A stretch of 64,000 nucleotides of DNA from Thermoplasmata archaeon. GTDB lineage: Archaea > Thermoplasmatota > Thermoplasmata > Halarchaeoplasmatales > Halarchaeoplasmataceae. Of the stretch, positions 18,533 through 29,700 are shown one piece after another. Where the stretch lies: contig PWHR01000046.1 in the NCBI GenBank assembly GCA_003554965.1, positions 56,149 to 120,148 of the forward strand. The letters run 5' to 3'. Position numbers and translations under genes: made by a program. Under the pieces are notes generated by a model. That model worked only from the letters and a program-made list of their open reading frames with translations, had not been told where the DNA came from and made no database searches. Numbering within the stretch: the first letter of the stretch is position 1; each line of letters starts with the position of its first letter.

Positions 18533-19407
18533 GGTGCGTGATTAAAGAAGGAAAACGATATCCCTTTTCTAAAGGTATACTAGCTAGCTCTCTAGAGATA
18601 ACGGGACTCTCCATCGATGAGACCTACGATATAGTAAAAGAGGTGGATAAAGACCTGAAAGATATAGATGAGATACCTTCAAAAGAGATAAAGGAAAGAG
18701 TTTGCGGGAAACTTTTAGACAGAGGACTGACTAAAGAAGAGAGATTTTACAGGGTAACAAGAAAACTTCGGTATCTGGAGAAACCACTTCTTTTAATGAT
18801 AGGAGGGGGAGCAGGAGTAGGGAAATCAACACTTTCTGCTGAGCTCGGGCATCGGTTGGACATAACAAGGATAATAGGCACCGACACTGTAAGGGAGATA
18901 ATGAGGACGATGGTATCCAAAGAATTAGTACCAACACTCTACGAATCTACTTTCAACACAGATAAAAAGGTGAAAGCCCCATTTGTCAAAAAACGTTTGA
19001 TATACGGTTTCGATCGGCAGGTCAGCGTGGTCAGTACTGGTGTTAAAGCCGTAATAGATAGAGGTGTGAAGGAAGGCCTTAATTCGATTGTTAACGGCGT
19101 CCACGTAGTTCCAGGCTACCTTGATATGGATAACCGTGAAGATTGTTTCGTTTTCCAATATGTTCTAGAGGTCGAAGATCTAGAAGAGCACGCAAAGAGA
19201 TTTGAGATGAGAGCTGAAGGAAGCCATAGAGATCCCGATAAATATATTGATAAGATGGAAAAGATAAGAGATATACAAGAATACATCATACAGCAGGGTG
19301 TAGAGAATGGAGCTAAGGTCTTGACGAATAAAAAGATGGAAAATACTATCAGGATGATAGTTGAAGATATAATAACAGAGTTGGAACCGGTGATAAAGGA
19401 TGGTTGA
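18529..19407 (+). CDS. 2-phosphoglycerate kinase-like protein (ATP-cone + P-loop kinase)
   Basis: 292 aa. N-terminal ATP-cone-like MRCVIKEGKRYPFSKGILASSL and Walker A GGGAGVGKST. Overlaps the upstream cpgS-like gene by 4 nt. Confidence 0.55.
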   Translation: MRCVIKEGKRYPFSKGILASSLEITGLSIDETYDIVKEVDKDLKDIDEIPSKEIKERVCGKLLDRGLTKEERFYRVTRKLRYLEKPLLLMIGGGAGVGKSTLSAELGHRLDITRIIGTDTVREIMRTMVSKELVPTLYESTFNTDKKVKAPFVKKRLIYGFDRQVSVVSTGVKAVIDRGVKEGLNSIVNGVHVVPGYLDMDNREDCFVFQYVLEVEDLEEHAKRFEMRAEGSHRDPDKYIDKMEKIRDIQEYIIQQGVENGAKVLTNKKMENTIRMIVEDIITELEPVIKDG

Positions 19408-19831
19408 AGAACTACCTAAATTTCATGAGATAGAAAATCCTGTACGGACATTTATGAGTAAGAGGGTCTTCGGTGTGGATTCTGAGACATCGATACAGGA
19501 AGCGGCTGAAAAGATGGTAGAGTTCAATATCAGCAGTTTAGTCGTGGTAAAAAATGATGAGATCATCGGTCTTATCACTAATGATGACCTGAAGAAAAGA
19601 GTTGTAGCGAAGGGACTAGATTCAACTACAGAAGTTGAAAAAATCATGACGAAAGAGCTTATCACAGTCGATATAGATACTTCCGTTAAAGAAGCTCTTG
19701 AGATAATGGCAGGCAAAAATATAAAACATATCCCTGTCAAGGAAGATGGAGAAATAGTGGGTATGCTTACATTCAGCGACCTTATAGATTTTGAGAAGCA
19801 GAAGCTGGAAACTCATATATCGAGGGAATGA
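19400..19831 (+). CDS. CBS-domain pair protein
   Basis: 143 aa with two CBS motifs (VVKNDEIIGLITNDDL; HIPVKEDGEIVGMLTFSDL). Overlaps the upstream gene (ATGGTTGA). Confidence 0.8.
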   Translation: MVEELPKFHEIENPVRTFMSKRVFGVDSETSIQEAAEKMVEFNISSLVVVKNDEIIGLITNDDLKKRVVAKGLDSTTEVEKIMTKELITVDIDTSVKEALEIMAGKNIKHIPVKEDGEIVGMLTFSDLIDFEKQKLETHISRE

Positions 19832-19832
19832 A

Positions 19833-21335
19833 ATGAAGATACTCCACATCTCCGATACACACATCAACGGCTCTAAACATTTCGAAGAAAATTCTCTAAG
19901 AGAGATATTAGCTGAGGTTGAAAAAGAAAGATATGATCTCATTATACATTCTGGAGACGTCACACAGGAAGGAAAGGAGAATCATTATTTAAAAGCTAAA
20001 AAGATATTTTCAGGGATTGATATCCCGATGGTTGTGATCCCAGGAAACCATGATAAAAGGAGTGGAGGGATATCGCTGTTCAAAGATCATATCGGTGACC
20101 CTAACGGGGTAAAAGAAACCGAAAGTGGCGTGGTGATATACGTGGACAGTGGTGTGCTTGATAGTGACATAGGAAGGGTGGGTATGACCAAATATAACAT
20201 GATAAATAGAGCTCTAAAACTACATAATGATAAAGATATAAAAATAATCGCGATGCATCATCATACCTTGCCTATCCCGATGGCCGGCAGAGAAAGGAAC
20301 GTTCTTTCTAATGCAGGTGATCTTTTGGAACTCTTTCTAAGATACGATGTAGATCTGGTCCTTTCTGGCCACAGGCACTATCCCAATGTTTATCATGTTG
20401 ATGGAACAGTTTTTGTGAATGCAGGCACCGCATCAGGGAAAAAAACGAGATACGGAGATGTGAATTCCTATAATGTTATCGAGATAGACGAAGAAAAAAT
20501 GAAAGTGACTACCCACCGGATCGGTGAAAACAGTGATACTGATGAAAAAAAATATTTCAGGAAAGAAAAGCGAGTATTCCATGACTTTGGAAAGAGAAAA
20601 TTTAGATTGATCCATACCTCAAATTCTTTCATCTCTTCTTCTAGAAAGTTCAAAGAGAAGCATTTTTTCAATGCTTTAAATAAGATAAATTCGCTTGAGG
20701 GGGATGTATTAGTGCACTGCGGAGGGATAGTTAAAGAAGGGATCCCAAAAGATTACGACGTTGCAAGTGCCTACATGTCCAAGTTCGATGTTCCTGTGGT
20801 TTACAGTCCCGCTGGTAGAGACATAAACTACTTGGGCTATGAACTGTTTGAAGAGCATTTCGGAGAAATAGATCAAAAATTTCGTGATAAAGATATTTAC
20901 CTGAGAGGTATATCTTCGGCGCAGTACGATTCACCTATCGGGATCATCGGTGAAACGGGGAGAGAAAGACTTTTCACGGAATTTAATGAAGTGGATGAAT
21001 CTTTCAAAGGCATCTTCCTTCACCATAACGTACTTCCTATCCCTCACGCAAGAGAAAAAGGTTTATTGGAAGATAGTGGTGATTTTTTGAGAAGGGCAGT
21101 AGATGAAAAGGTGGACCTTATACTTACTGGAACTTCCTCTCATCCTTTTGCAGCTAGGGTAGGAGAGACCGTTGTAGTAAACGCCAATTCATTGAGCAGC
21201 GTTTACCAGAGTAGCCTTTTCGGTAACTCTTTCAACGTGATCGACGTTTATGAAAAAGTGATCGTAGTTTCGGAGATAAACAGTCTTTGGGGTGCGAGAA
21301 GGGTGCTTGGTATATGGGAAAGGAACAATGCGTAG
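19833..21335 (+). CDS. Tandem calcineurin-like metallophosphoesterase (N-terminal domain intact, C-terminal domain degenerate)
   Basis: Domain 1 has DTH, GD, GNHD, HHH and GHRH. Domain 2 keeps the fold-like spacing but reads VHCGG, SPAGRD, LHHN and GTSSHP. Start taken at MKILHISDTH, 1 nt after the CBS gene stop. Confidence 0.75.
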   Translation: MKILHISDTHINGSKHFEENSLREILAEVEKERYDLIIHSGDVTQEGKENHYLKAKKIFSGIDIPMVVIPGNHDKRSGGISLFKDHIGDPNGVKETESGVVIYVDSGVLDSDIGRVGMTKYNMINRALKLHNDKDIKIIAMHHHTLPIPMAGRERNVLSNAGDLLELFLRYDVDLVLSGHRHYPNVYHVDGTVFVNAGTASGKKTRYGDVNSYNVIEIDEEKMKVTTHRIGENSDTDEKKYFRKEKRVFHDFGKRKFRLIHTSNSFISSSRKFKEKHFFNALNKINSLEGDVLVHCGGIVKEGIPKDYDVASAYMSKFDVPVVYSPAGRDINYLGYELFEEHFGEIDQKFRDKDIYLRGISSAQYDSPIGIIGETGRERLFTEFNEVDESFKGIFLHHNVLPIPHAREKGLLEDSGDFLRRAVDEKVDLILTGTSSHPFAARVGETVVVNANSLSSVYQSSLFGNSFNVIDVYEKVIVVSEINSLWGARRVLGIWERNNA

Positions 21336-21377
21336 AAAAACCCTAAATGTCTTATCTTACGCTTTATTTATGTATAT

Positions 21378-23693
21378 ATGCACGATTGGACCGAAAGATT
21401 GAGTGCAAGATTTCCTGAATATAAGGATCAGATCACTTTTTCTACCGTGATACCTCCGTCTGAACCCGAATACGGAGAGAGTGAAGAACTATCTAGGTAT
21501 ATAAAAGAAAAGTTAAATGAAAATGATATCAAACTCTACTCACACCAATCTAGAAGCGTTGATCGATTTTTAAATGGAGAAAACATCTGTCTTGCAACGG
21601 GTACCGCCAGCGGTAAAACATTGGCGTATGCTCTATGCTCGGCTCAGATCATGCACAATAACCCAAGATCGAATTTTTTGATCCTTTATCCCACCAAGGC
21701 GTTGACACGAGACCAGAGGGTTGAACTCGAAGAAATATTTTCTATCCTTGAGATGGACATATCTATAGGGATTTACGATGGTGACGTGAGTCCAGATGAA
21801 AAAAAGAGGGTCAGGGAAAATGCCGATATAATATTGAGCAATTTTACAGGACTCAACCTCTATCTGGCAAATCATGAACTTTGGAGTGGATTTTTTGAAT
21901 ACCTTTCTGGAGTGATCATAGATGAAGCTCATCACTATACAGGGCTTTTCGGGATGCACGTGGCCTGGATAATCAGGCGTTTGAGAAGGGTTGTGGATTA
22001 TTATGCTGGAAAAAGCCAGTTCATACTTTCAAGCGCTACTCTAGGTAACCCTGAAGAGCATTCTAAAAACCTCGTCGGTGTGGATTTCACTGTGATAGAA
22101 AAAGATTGCAGCGGGAGGTGTGCCCGGAACCTTATATTCTGGAATCCACCGACTATCGACGAACGTGTTGGGGAAAAAAGGAGTACCCACAGAGAGAGTA
22201 GCGATCTTTTGGCACATCTTGTGAATGAAGGCCTGCAAACTCTTATGTTCGTTCCCTCCAGGAAGATGGCTGAGCTGCAGAGTTTATGGTCTTCTGAGAG
22301 GTTAAAAGAAGAGTACGGTGATCCAGGAGTTGAAGTGATTCCATATCATGCAGGCCATACTAAAAATAGTAGAAGGGAAACAGAAGAGAGATTAAAGTCA
22401 GCAGAACTAAGTGGTGTAGTCTCTACAACAGCACTTCAATTAGGAATCAATATCGGGAGCATCGATGCAACACTACTTTCGGGTTACCCAGGAAGCAGGA
22501 TCGATTTCTGGCAGCAGATCGGCAGAGCCGGTAGAGATCCTAGTGGAGGTGAAAGCGTATTGTCTGTTATGGTGCCTTTTAATAGTTCTCTTGATCAGTT
22601 CATAGTGGAAAATCCTGATCATCTTTTAGAGAAAAGTATAGAAGATGCAGTGATCGATCTTTCGAACAATCAAATATTCTCTAAACACATGTTGGCTTCC
22701 GCATCTGAACTTCCTTTGAAAGAGAAGGATGTTGAATTTTTTCCTCCAAAATTTAAAGCCGCTGCGGAGATGTGGAAAAAAGAGGGGAGTATATCAGGGG
22801 ACCTAAAAACAGGATACCGTCATGTAAAAGATGATATGCCCCAGCAGGATATAGATCTTTATTCAGTCGGAGATGAGAATTTCGAGGTCTTTATTAGAAA
22901 GGACAGTGAAGTAAAGAACCTTCCTGAAGTTGAGAAGAGCAGAGCTTACAGGGACCTGCATCCTGGAGCTATTTACCTATATCAGGGCGAATATTATAAA
23001 GTGGTAGATTTCGATGACGGCATGCATCCATCTATAACTCTCGAGCAAACCGATACGTCTTTTTATACTGTGACTCTTAGGAACACCGATATATTCGACG
23101 TGGAAAAAGAAGAAGAAAAATCTCTAGGAAAAGTTAAGCTCTGCAGAGGAAAAGGAAGCGTTAGTGTCAATTATTTTGCCTATAAGAAAAAAAGACTGTC
23201 TAACGACAATGTGATCGGCACTGAGAAAACTGGACTCGAACCCGTCAGATTAAATACACATCTGACTTGGATCGAGATTCCCTCTGAGGTGAAAATGAGA
23301 TTGGTAGATGATGATATCGAGGATGGATTGGACAACATGGCTTATGATGGGGCTCTTCACGCATCTGAGCACGCTCTCATCAACATGATGCCAATCTTGA
23401 TGTTGGTGGACAAAAAAGATGTGGGCGGTCTATCTACTCGTTCTCATCCTGGTTCAGATAGTGAAGGTGGGACGATCTTCTTATATGATGGTGTTGAAGG
23501 TGGAGTTGGTTTCGTTTACGATGCCTACCAAAGGTTCGGTGAGTTGGCAAGAAAAGCTGAAAAAAGGTTGAGGAACTGTACCTGTGAAAGCTCCAAAGGC
23601 TGTCCCGCATGTACTTTTTCAGCTAACTGCGGTAATGACAACACACCTTTGAATAAAGAGTTGGCAGCCGAACTTTTGAAAAAGATGTATTAA
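21378..23693 (+). CDS. DEAH-box helicase with C-terminal DUF1998/MZB zinc domain (MrfA/YprA-like)
   Basis: 771 aa. Motif I GTASGKT, Ia PTKALTRDQ, II DEAHHYTG, III SSAT, VI QQIGRAGR. C-terminal CTCESSKGCPACTFSANC is a DUF1998 four-Cys cluster. Confidence 0.85.
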   Translation: MHDWTERLSARFPEYKDQITFSTVIPPSEPEYGESEELSRYIKEKLNENDIKLYSHQSRSVDRFLNGENICLATGTASGKTLAYALCSAQIMHNNPRSNFLILYPTKALTRDQRVELEEIFSILEMDISIGIYDGDVSPDEKKRVRENADIILSNFTGLNLYLANHELWSGFFEYLSGVIIDEAHHYTGLFGMHVAWIIRRLRRVVDYYAGKSQFILSSATLGNPEEHSKNLVGVDFTVIEKDCSGRCARNLIFWNPPTIDERVGEKRSTHRESSDLLAHLVNEGLQTLMFVPSRKMAELQSLWSSERLKEEYGDPGVEVIPYHAGHTKNSRRETEERLKSAELSGVVSTTALQLGINIGSIDATLLSGYPGSRIDFWQQIGRAGRDPSGGESVLSVMVPFNSSLDQFIVENPDHLLEKSIEDAVIDLSNNQIFSKHMLASASELPLKEKDVEFFPPKFKAAAEMWKKEGSISGDLKTGYRHVKDDMPQQDIDLYSVGDENFEVFIRKDSEVKNLPEVEKSRAYRDLHPGAIYLYQGEYYKVVDFDDGMHPSITLEQTDTSFYTVTLRNTDIFDVEKEEEKSLGKVKLCRGKGSVSVNYFAYKKKRLSNDNVIGTEKTGLEPVRLNTHLTWIEIPSEVKMRLVDDDIEDGLDNMAYDGALHASEHALINMMPILMLVDKKDVGGLSTRSHPGSDSEGGTIFLYDGVEGGVGFVYDAYQRFGELARKAEKRLRNCTCESSKGCPACTFSANCGNDNTPLNKELAAELLKKMY

Positions 23694-23731
23694 GAATAAT
23701 AGTACTCTAATCGTTAAAAAATGTTGGAAAA

Positions 23732-23778
23732 AACAAGAAAAAGAAAGGGGTTTTTGATTTTGTGTTTGGTTAGCTATT
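23732..23778 (-). terminator. Conserved 3' element / oligo-U terminator downstream of giant gene 1
   Basis: In mRNA sense this reads AAUAGCUAACCAAACACAAAAUCAAAAACCCCUUUCUUUUUCUUGUU. It is nearly identical to the block after giant gene 2 and similar to the one after gene 3. Confidence 0.45.
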
Positions 23779-26700
23779 TTACTCTTCGAAGGATTCGGTT
23801 TCTCTAGTCTCTTCTTTCACTGGTTCATTTCCGCCTTTTTTCATCATCACCGCGAAGACTGCTATTATCACTGCAAGTATCGCTAAGACCATTCCGACTA
23901 TTCCTAGGTTTCTAGCCATATCTACATCGTCTTCAAGGTCTGAAATGTCGTCTTCGATATCTGCTATGTTTCCTTCGATGTCTTCTATTTCCGCTTCAAT
24001 GTCTTCAATGTCTCCTTCGATGTCTTCTATTTCCGCTTCAATGTCTTCTATGTTTCCTTCAATACCGTCTATGTCTCCCTCAATGTCGTCTATGTTTCCT
24101 TCAATGTCATCTATGTTTCCTTCAATGTCATCTATGTTTCCTTCAATGTGGTTTATGTCTCCTTCAATGTCGTCTATCTGGGCTTGGAGATCTGACTCAA
24201 CGTCATCTAATTCATCGTCTAAATCGTCTATCTGATTTTGAAGTTCTGTCTCAATGTCATCTAATTCATCAAACAAATCGTCTATCTGGGTTTGTAGACC
24301 TGTCTCAACGTCATTTAAGTCATCTCTCAAGTCATCTAGTTCATCATTCAATTCCTCTAGCTCAGGTAGATACAGTGCATAAACCGTAGCTTCTGCGACA
24401 ATCTCCTCATCATCCATAGCCTGAACTGTGAATACATTTTGTCCTTCTATGAGGTCAGTCTCGTATACGAATTCTCCGTTATCATCAACAGATACAGATG
24501 CATCGTTAACGTACACATCTAGATTTGGATCGGTCTCACCATGGATTGTGAACTCTTCATCATAGGTTAGACTTTCCACACCGTCTTCTGGACTAAATAT
24601 CTCTAGTTTTTCCTCTATAGTGGATACCTCAAAGACCCTAGTCTCAGTATATCTGTTCCCAGCTCCATCAGTAGCTCTGACCTGTACAACGTGAGTACCA
24701 TCCTCTAATCCAATAAAGGTGTAGTCTGTATCAGTTCCGATATCGTCCCAATCACCGTAGTTTATCCGTATCTCGTAATCGATGTCTCCTAGATATTCGT
24801 GTCCTTCCCATTCTACAGTCACCGTATCCTGCTCTATTATCACATAGTCCTCTTCTGGAGAGGTTATGTCAAAGGCTTCAACAGGTGGATTCACTATGAC
24901 TGATATCTTATCTGTATCAGTGTTACCCTCTTCATCGCTAACCTCGAGATATACATCGTAGGTTCCTTGGTATGGGAAGACGTAATCGACGATCTCTCCT
25001 TCAGTTGTATCATAGTATCCTTCCGCTTCACCAGAAATTCCTTCAATCGACCAGCTCCAATCTTCTACTCCGACATTATCCGTGGAACCAGATCCGTCTA
25101 GCTCATATTCGACTCCTACTCTTGTTTGATCAGATGTGCCTGCATCTGCTACCGGATCTTCAGTATCTATGGCATAGATTTCATCCCATGCTTCGGCGGA
25201 ATTACCATAAGCGTCAGTTACTGTTAGAGTTATGTCATAATAGAGAGCGTACTCCAAAGGCTTCTCTATCACTGGTTCGTAGAAATAGTATGTCTCGTCG
25301 TATGGATCGACGATCTCCCATGTGTAGTTTTCGATTCCTGCGTTATCGGATGGTGGGTTATACGATTCTGTTGCATTCAGTGTTATGGTGTCGCCCTGGT
25401 AGTAATCTGGTTCCTCTTCGATGTGGAATTCGGCATGCGGTTCCACATCATCTTCTAGATGGAATGACCAACCGTATCCTTCTGGTACTGCAGCTGGGTC
25501 ACTAGTATACTCTACTGCATTAGCGAACATCTGGTTCGCTTCTTCGGACCAACCCGGATCGTCGGCTTCTCCAAAGAATCCTATTCCCTTAGCTGGGAGC
25601 AGGACTTCATTCCTATCTTCACAGACGCCTACCGCTGGTCCTCCATATCCTCCACCGTAATCTTTCTCAGCGAGTATTTCTCCACTGTATTCATCGAACC
25701 ATGAACCCCAGTTAGTGGTTCCGTCGAACATCAACACTTCATCTCCTTCTTCTCCAATATCTTCGAATATCGGATGATCTTCGAGTATCTCTAGATATTG
25801 TGGTGGGTTCGTACCAGTTCCTTCAGAATCATGGTATCCAGGATCATCTCTTACGTTGTGTAGCTGAGTAACTCCGTCAGAATAACCTTCTTGACTAGCG
25901 CCAACATGTGTATCTAGATAGACAACTCCTTGTCCGTCTTGTAGATTGTCTAGGAAGTCTTCAGCAGCCGCTTCAGAGTCTGCCTCTGTATACTCATACC
26001 TCTGTATAACAAATGTATCATAATTGTCTATCTCATCTATAAGCCAATCGTCCCAGTGTTCGTTATCTTCGTTCCACAATGTTTCAACGTTGTATTCGTC
26101 GTCTGGTAAGTAGTCTTCCAGTTTATACTCGATCTCATATTCTTGCCAGTTGTCCGCATCGACTACTGCAACGTCAACTTCGTCGCCCATCAATTCTTCG
26201 TCAGTCGGCTCTTCATCGATCTCGTCACCAGTTACTGGGACTTCAACATAGGCTTCAAGACCCCAAGCACCAAGACCTGACTCCTCCCAGTTCGCTGGGT
26301 CATGAGGATCTTCCCAAGTGATCCATTGTCCTTCGTCGGGATAAGAAGTATCATCTATTCCAAATGGGAAATGACCATCGCCGGGATCATCTATGTGCAT
26401 TACTATCCAATACTCATCTTCCTCTATCATGACATCTTCGTCAAGTTCGAGTTCGACCCAACCTGCTCCTTCTGGGTTATATTCCTCTGTCTCTGTGAGC
26501 CATTCTCCTGGTGCTCCTCCATCATCTTCTGCTATGTAACCATAAGCCCAGTCGCCAAATTCACCAGTGTCATCGTCATAGTCATAATAAGCGACTTCTG
26601 AGATGTATCCTCCTATATCGTCTGATAGGTCCAATCTCATGGCACCGTACCAGTCAATTGGATCTGGTCCTACACCTCCGGCATTATCAGCTTCAAATCG

Positions 26701-29700
26701 ATGGTCTGCTTCGTATAACCAGCGCCATTCTCCTTCTAATTCACCAACATGTTCAAAGTTAGCTGTTATCTCTTTATCCGAATCCATAGTGACAGTTATC
26801 TCTTCTTCAGTACCTTCATAATCACCAGTCCATTCGGTAAATTGCCATTCAGCGTCCTCAGGTATCGCTTCAAGATCCACATCAGTACCTTCAATGTAGT
26901 TGTCCTCTTCTGGATCGATCTCAACTGTTCCTTGGCCAGCAACATCGACATCTAAAGTATACATACCTGGGTTTATACTACCCATGTTGTAATCTTCGTA
27001 TGTTACCATCACGTACCAGTGATTATCGTTAGCCATCCTTTCTTCTTCTAGTTCCCAAGTCGTCTCTAACCTCTGATCTTCAATGATCTCGAATGAATCG
27101 ATCAGTTGATCCCAGTTTCCGTCGTAGAATTCGACTTCAATATATTGGTCGGTCGGATTGGTCACATCAACAGATAGATCTTGTTCAAGACCTGTTACCC
27201 ATTCGTCATGTTCTGGTTCTGGTTCTGTAGCTTCAGGCAGTGGTAATTCATAGACCGAATCTTCATTCATCTCTCTATTACCTACTCTGTCAACTGCTCT
27301 CACAACATAATGCCACTGTTCTCCGTCATCCGCCATTCCTTCATCTACATAACTGTACTCTTCTGATCCATCGGCCTCGACTTCGGCTATAGGTTCGTCC
27401 CATGGACCGTCCTGGTCTTCAGCTCTGTAGACTTCATAATATTCAGTGTCATCGTAACCTGCACCATCATCTGGTGACGCATCCCAAGTCAACTCGTTTC
27501 CTGTAACTGCCCATGGATCTGCATCCCAATCCAGTTCTAAGTTTTCAACTTGTTCTGGAGGATCTGCGTTTATGTCTGCAGTATCATGAACGTATCTTCC
27601 TTCTGGTTCGTAGGTATGGAATTCCCATGTATCAGACTCGATGGTTGTGACTCCGTCGTAAACTTCTACATGCCATTCGAAGGTTGAATTCGTTTCTAAT
27701 AAAACAAACTGTGTAGCTGCTTCTTCTCCAGACATTACTTCTTCAACAGTTTCATTACCGATCTCATAGCCGTCTTCATCGTACAGGTAGAATGTTACAT
27801 CCATGTGGTAATCATTTGGATCGTTGACTGTCACATTCATCAGTGGGGAATGAGTCACATCTTCTTCACCATCATACGGGCTTGGATCAGATACTTCAGG
27901 ATCTTCATGTTCATCCACGAAGACTCGTTCACTAACCTCTACGTTCTCTAGATTATCATCTTCAGGATGATCAGTTACCATCGTTAGAATGTAATCGCTC
28001 GGTTCTTCAGTTTCGGGAGTCCAGTCATCGAACTGGACCTGTTCGTCCTGACCAACACTCAAGTTTTCCACTTCTTGTTCGTCGTAGTATTCTTCTTCGG
28101 TATATTCCGTGGTTATAGTTACATCATCGATTCCCCAGTACTCATCTTCTTCGACTTCTTCTGAATAAATCTCCCAACCTATCCAGACTTCGTCTTCTTC
28201 AGAAGCCCATTGAGTTATATCGTATTCTTGTTCGCCGTGAGTTATGTTCCTGCCTATCCTTTTATAGCTATCGCCTTCATCGGTCGAGATCAAGAGTGAT
28301 CTTTCGTTTTCGTCGTAATTTCCTTCAAATTCAGAGAAGAATTCCAGGATGACTCTGTGTTCACCGTCACTACAATCAGCCATCTCAGACCACAGTATAT
28401 CGTGTTCGTGGTCGTCTATCGGAGTTATCTCGACCTTCTCTTCCTCTTCGTTATATTCCCAAGTATTATCGTTTCCATCCCTATCTTCGGCTTCCCAACC
28501 ATTATCAAATGGATCATCTGAGAAGTCCTCATCAAGCGGGATGTCGTCAATTATCTGTTCGATGCTCATTTCGACAGGTCCTTCATCAATATCCTGGTTA
28601 CCGACGTTGGTGACTGTTCCAGTAACGTTTCTCTCCTGGAAGTCAAATATCGGTTCTTCTGGTTCATCTATGGAAGTAGCTTCAAGATCATAGACGATCG
28701 GGATCACTTCAGTGAACTGCTCTAGGGTGGCTGAATCAGGATCAGTTTCATCTTCATGTTTAGCTGTAATATTGAATACATATTCACCTGCATCGGAAGG
28801 TGTCCAATCCTCGAACTCTGCATTGATCGTCTCGTCTTCATCTATAGTGACCTCTATCTCGTCAGAATAATCTTCTTCTCTTTCGCCCAATATAACGTCG
28901 TTGACGAACCAGTCATCCAGTTCGATCGTCGAGCCATGATATTCAAAGATCACCTGGGTTTCAGGACCTATATGGTCTGTTAGATTAACCTCATAATGAT
29001 CGGGCGCAATGCTTCCATCAACTGGATTCTCCCACGGGGTCACATCCTGCCATGACTCATCAGGATCGGACCTAGCCTGCACTATCGCATCGAATTGGTC
29101 TGTGCTATGATCGATGTAAGAGAAGAATTCCAAAGTTAACTCATCAGCTTCGGTTGTGTCCACAGCAGGACTCTGTAGATACGAGTAATCATCGTCTCCA
29201 ACATCAAACCAATAGAGATTAGCCTCTGGTGGATTACCTCCTGCTTCGTTGGAATCAGACTGAGTCCAGTCATCTGTTTCCCAACCTTCAGGTGGGAAAC
29301 TACCAGAGAAATCTTCAACGAATCCTTCGACATGTTCAGCTTTAGCTTCAACCGGTACATCTTCAACCATGAAGTCGCCATAGTTAGTTATCTCGGCTTC
29401 AACGTCCTGGGTTTCTTCCCAGACTTCTGTTTCTGGAGAGATTATCTCATCTACACCTAGATTCGCTTCGGGTGCTCTGACCAATATTGTTTCCCTCACG
29501 TAATCGAGTTCATCATCTAATTCTGTGCTGACGTTTATCTCGTACTCACCGACTTCTTCTGGATCCCACTCTTCAAATTCGACCTCTTTTGTCTCCTGAG
29601 CATCTATGTCTATTGTTGTAGCGTCGTCATATTCGTCATCTAAGCTTGTAACCATTACTTCGTATATCTCCCAGCTATCAGGTGTAAATGGATCTCCTCC

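Noticed and set aside
23945-24235. 96-aa Ser/Met-rich ORF on the plus strand (MSSSISAMFPSMSSI...)
   Set aside because: It is the antisense reading of the 21-nt DIEGNID coding repeats of giant gene 1. The low-complexity mirror ORF has no independent signals.
24972-25505. 177-aa plus-strand ORF, and similar 60-200 aa ORFs, antisense to the giant genes (for example 42067..42507 and 50074..50688)
   Set aside because: They are embedded antisense in long, well-supported coding regions. Their Leu/Ser/Arg-rich composition is typical of reverse-frame translation of D/E-rich genes.
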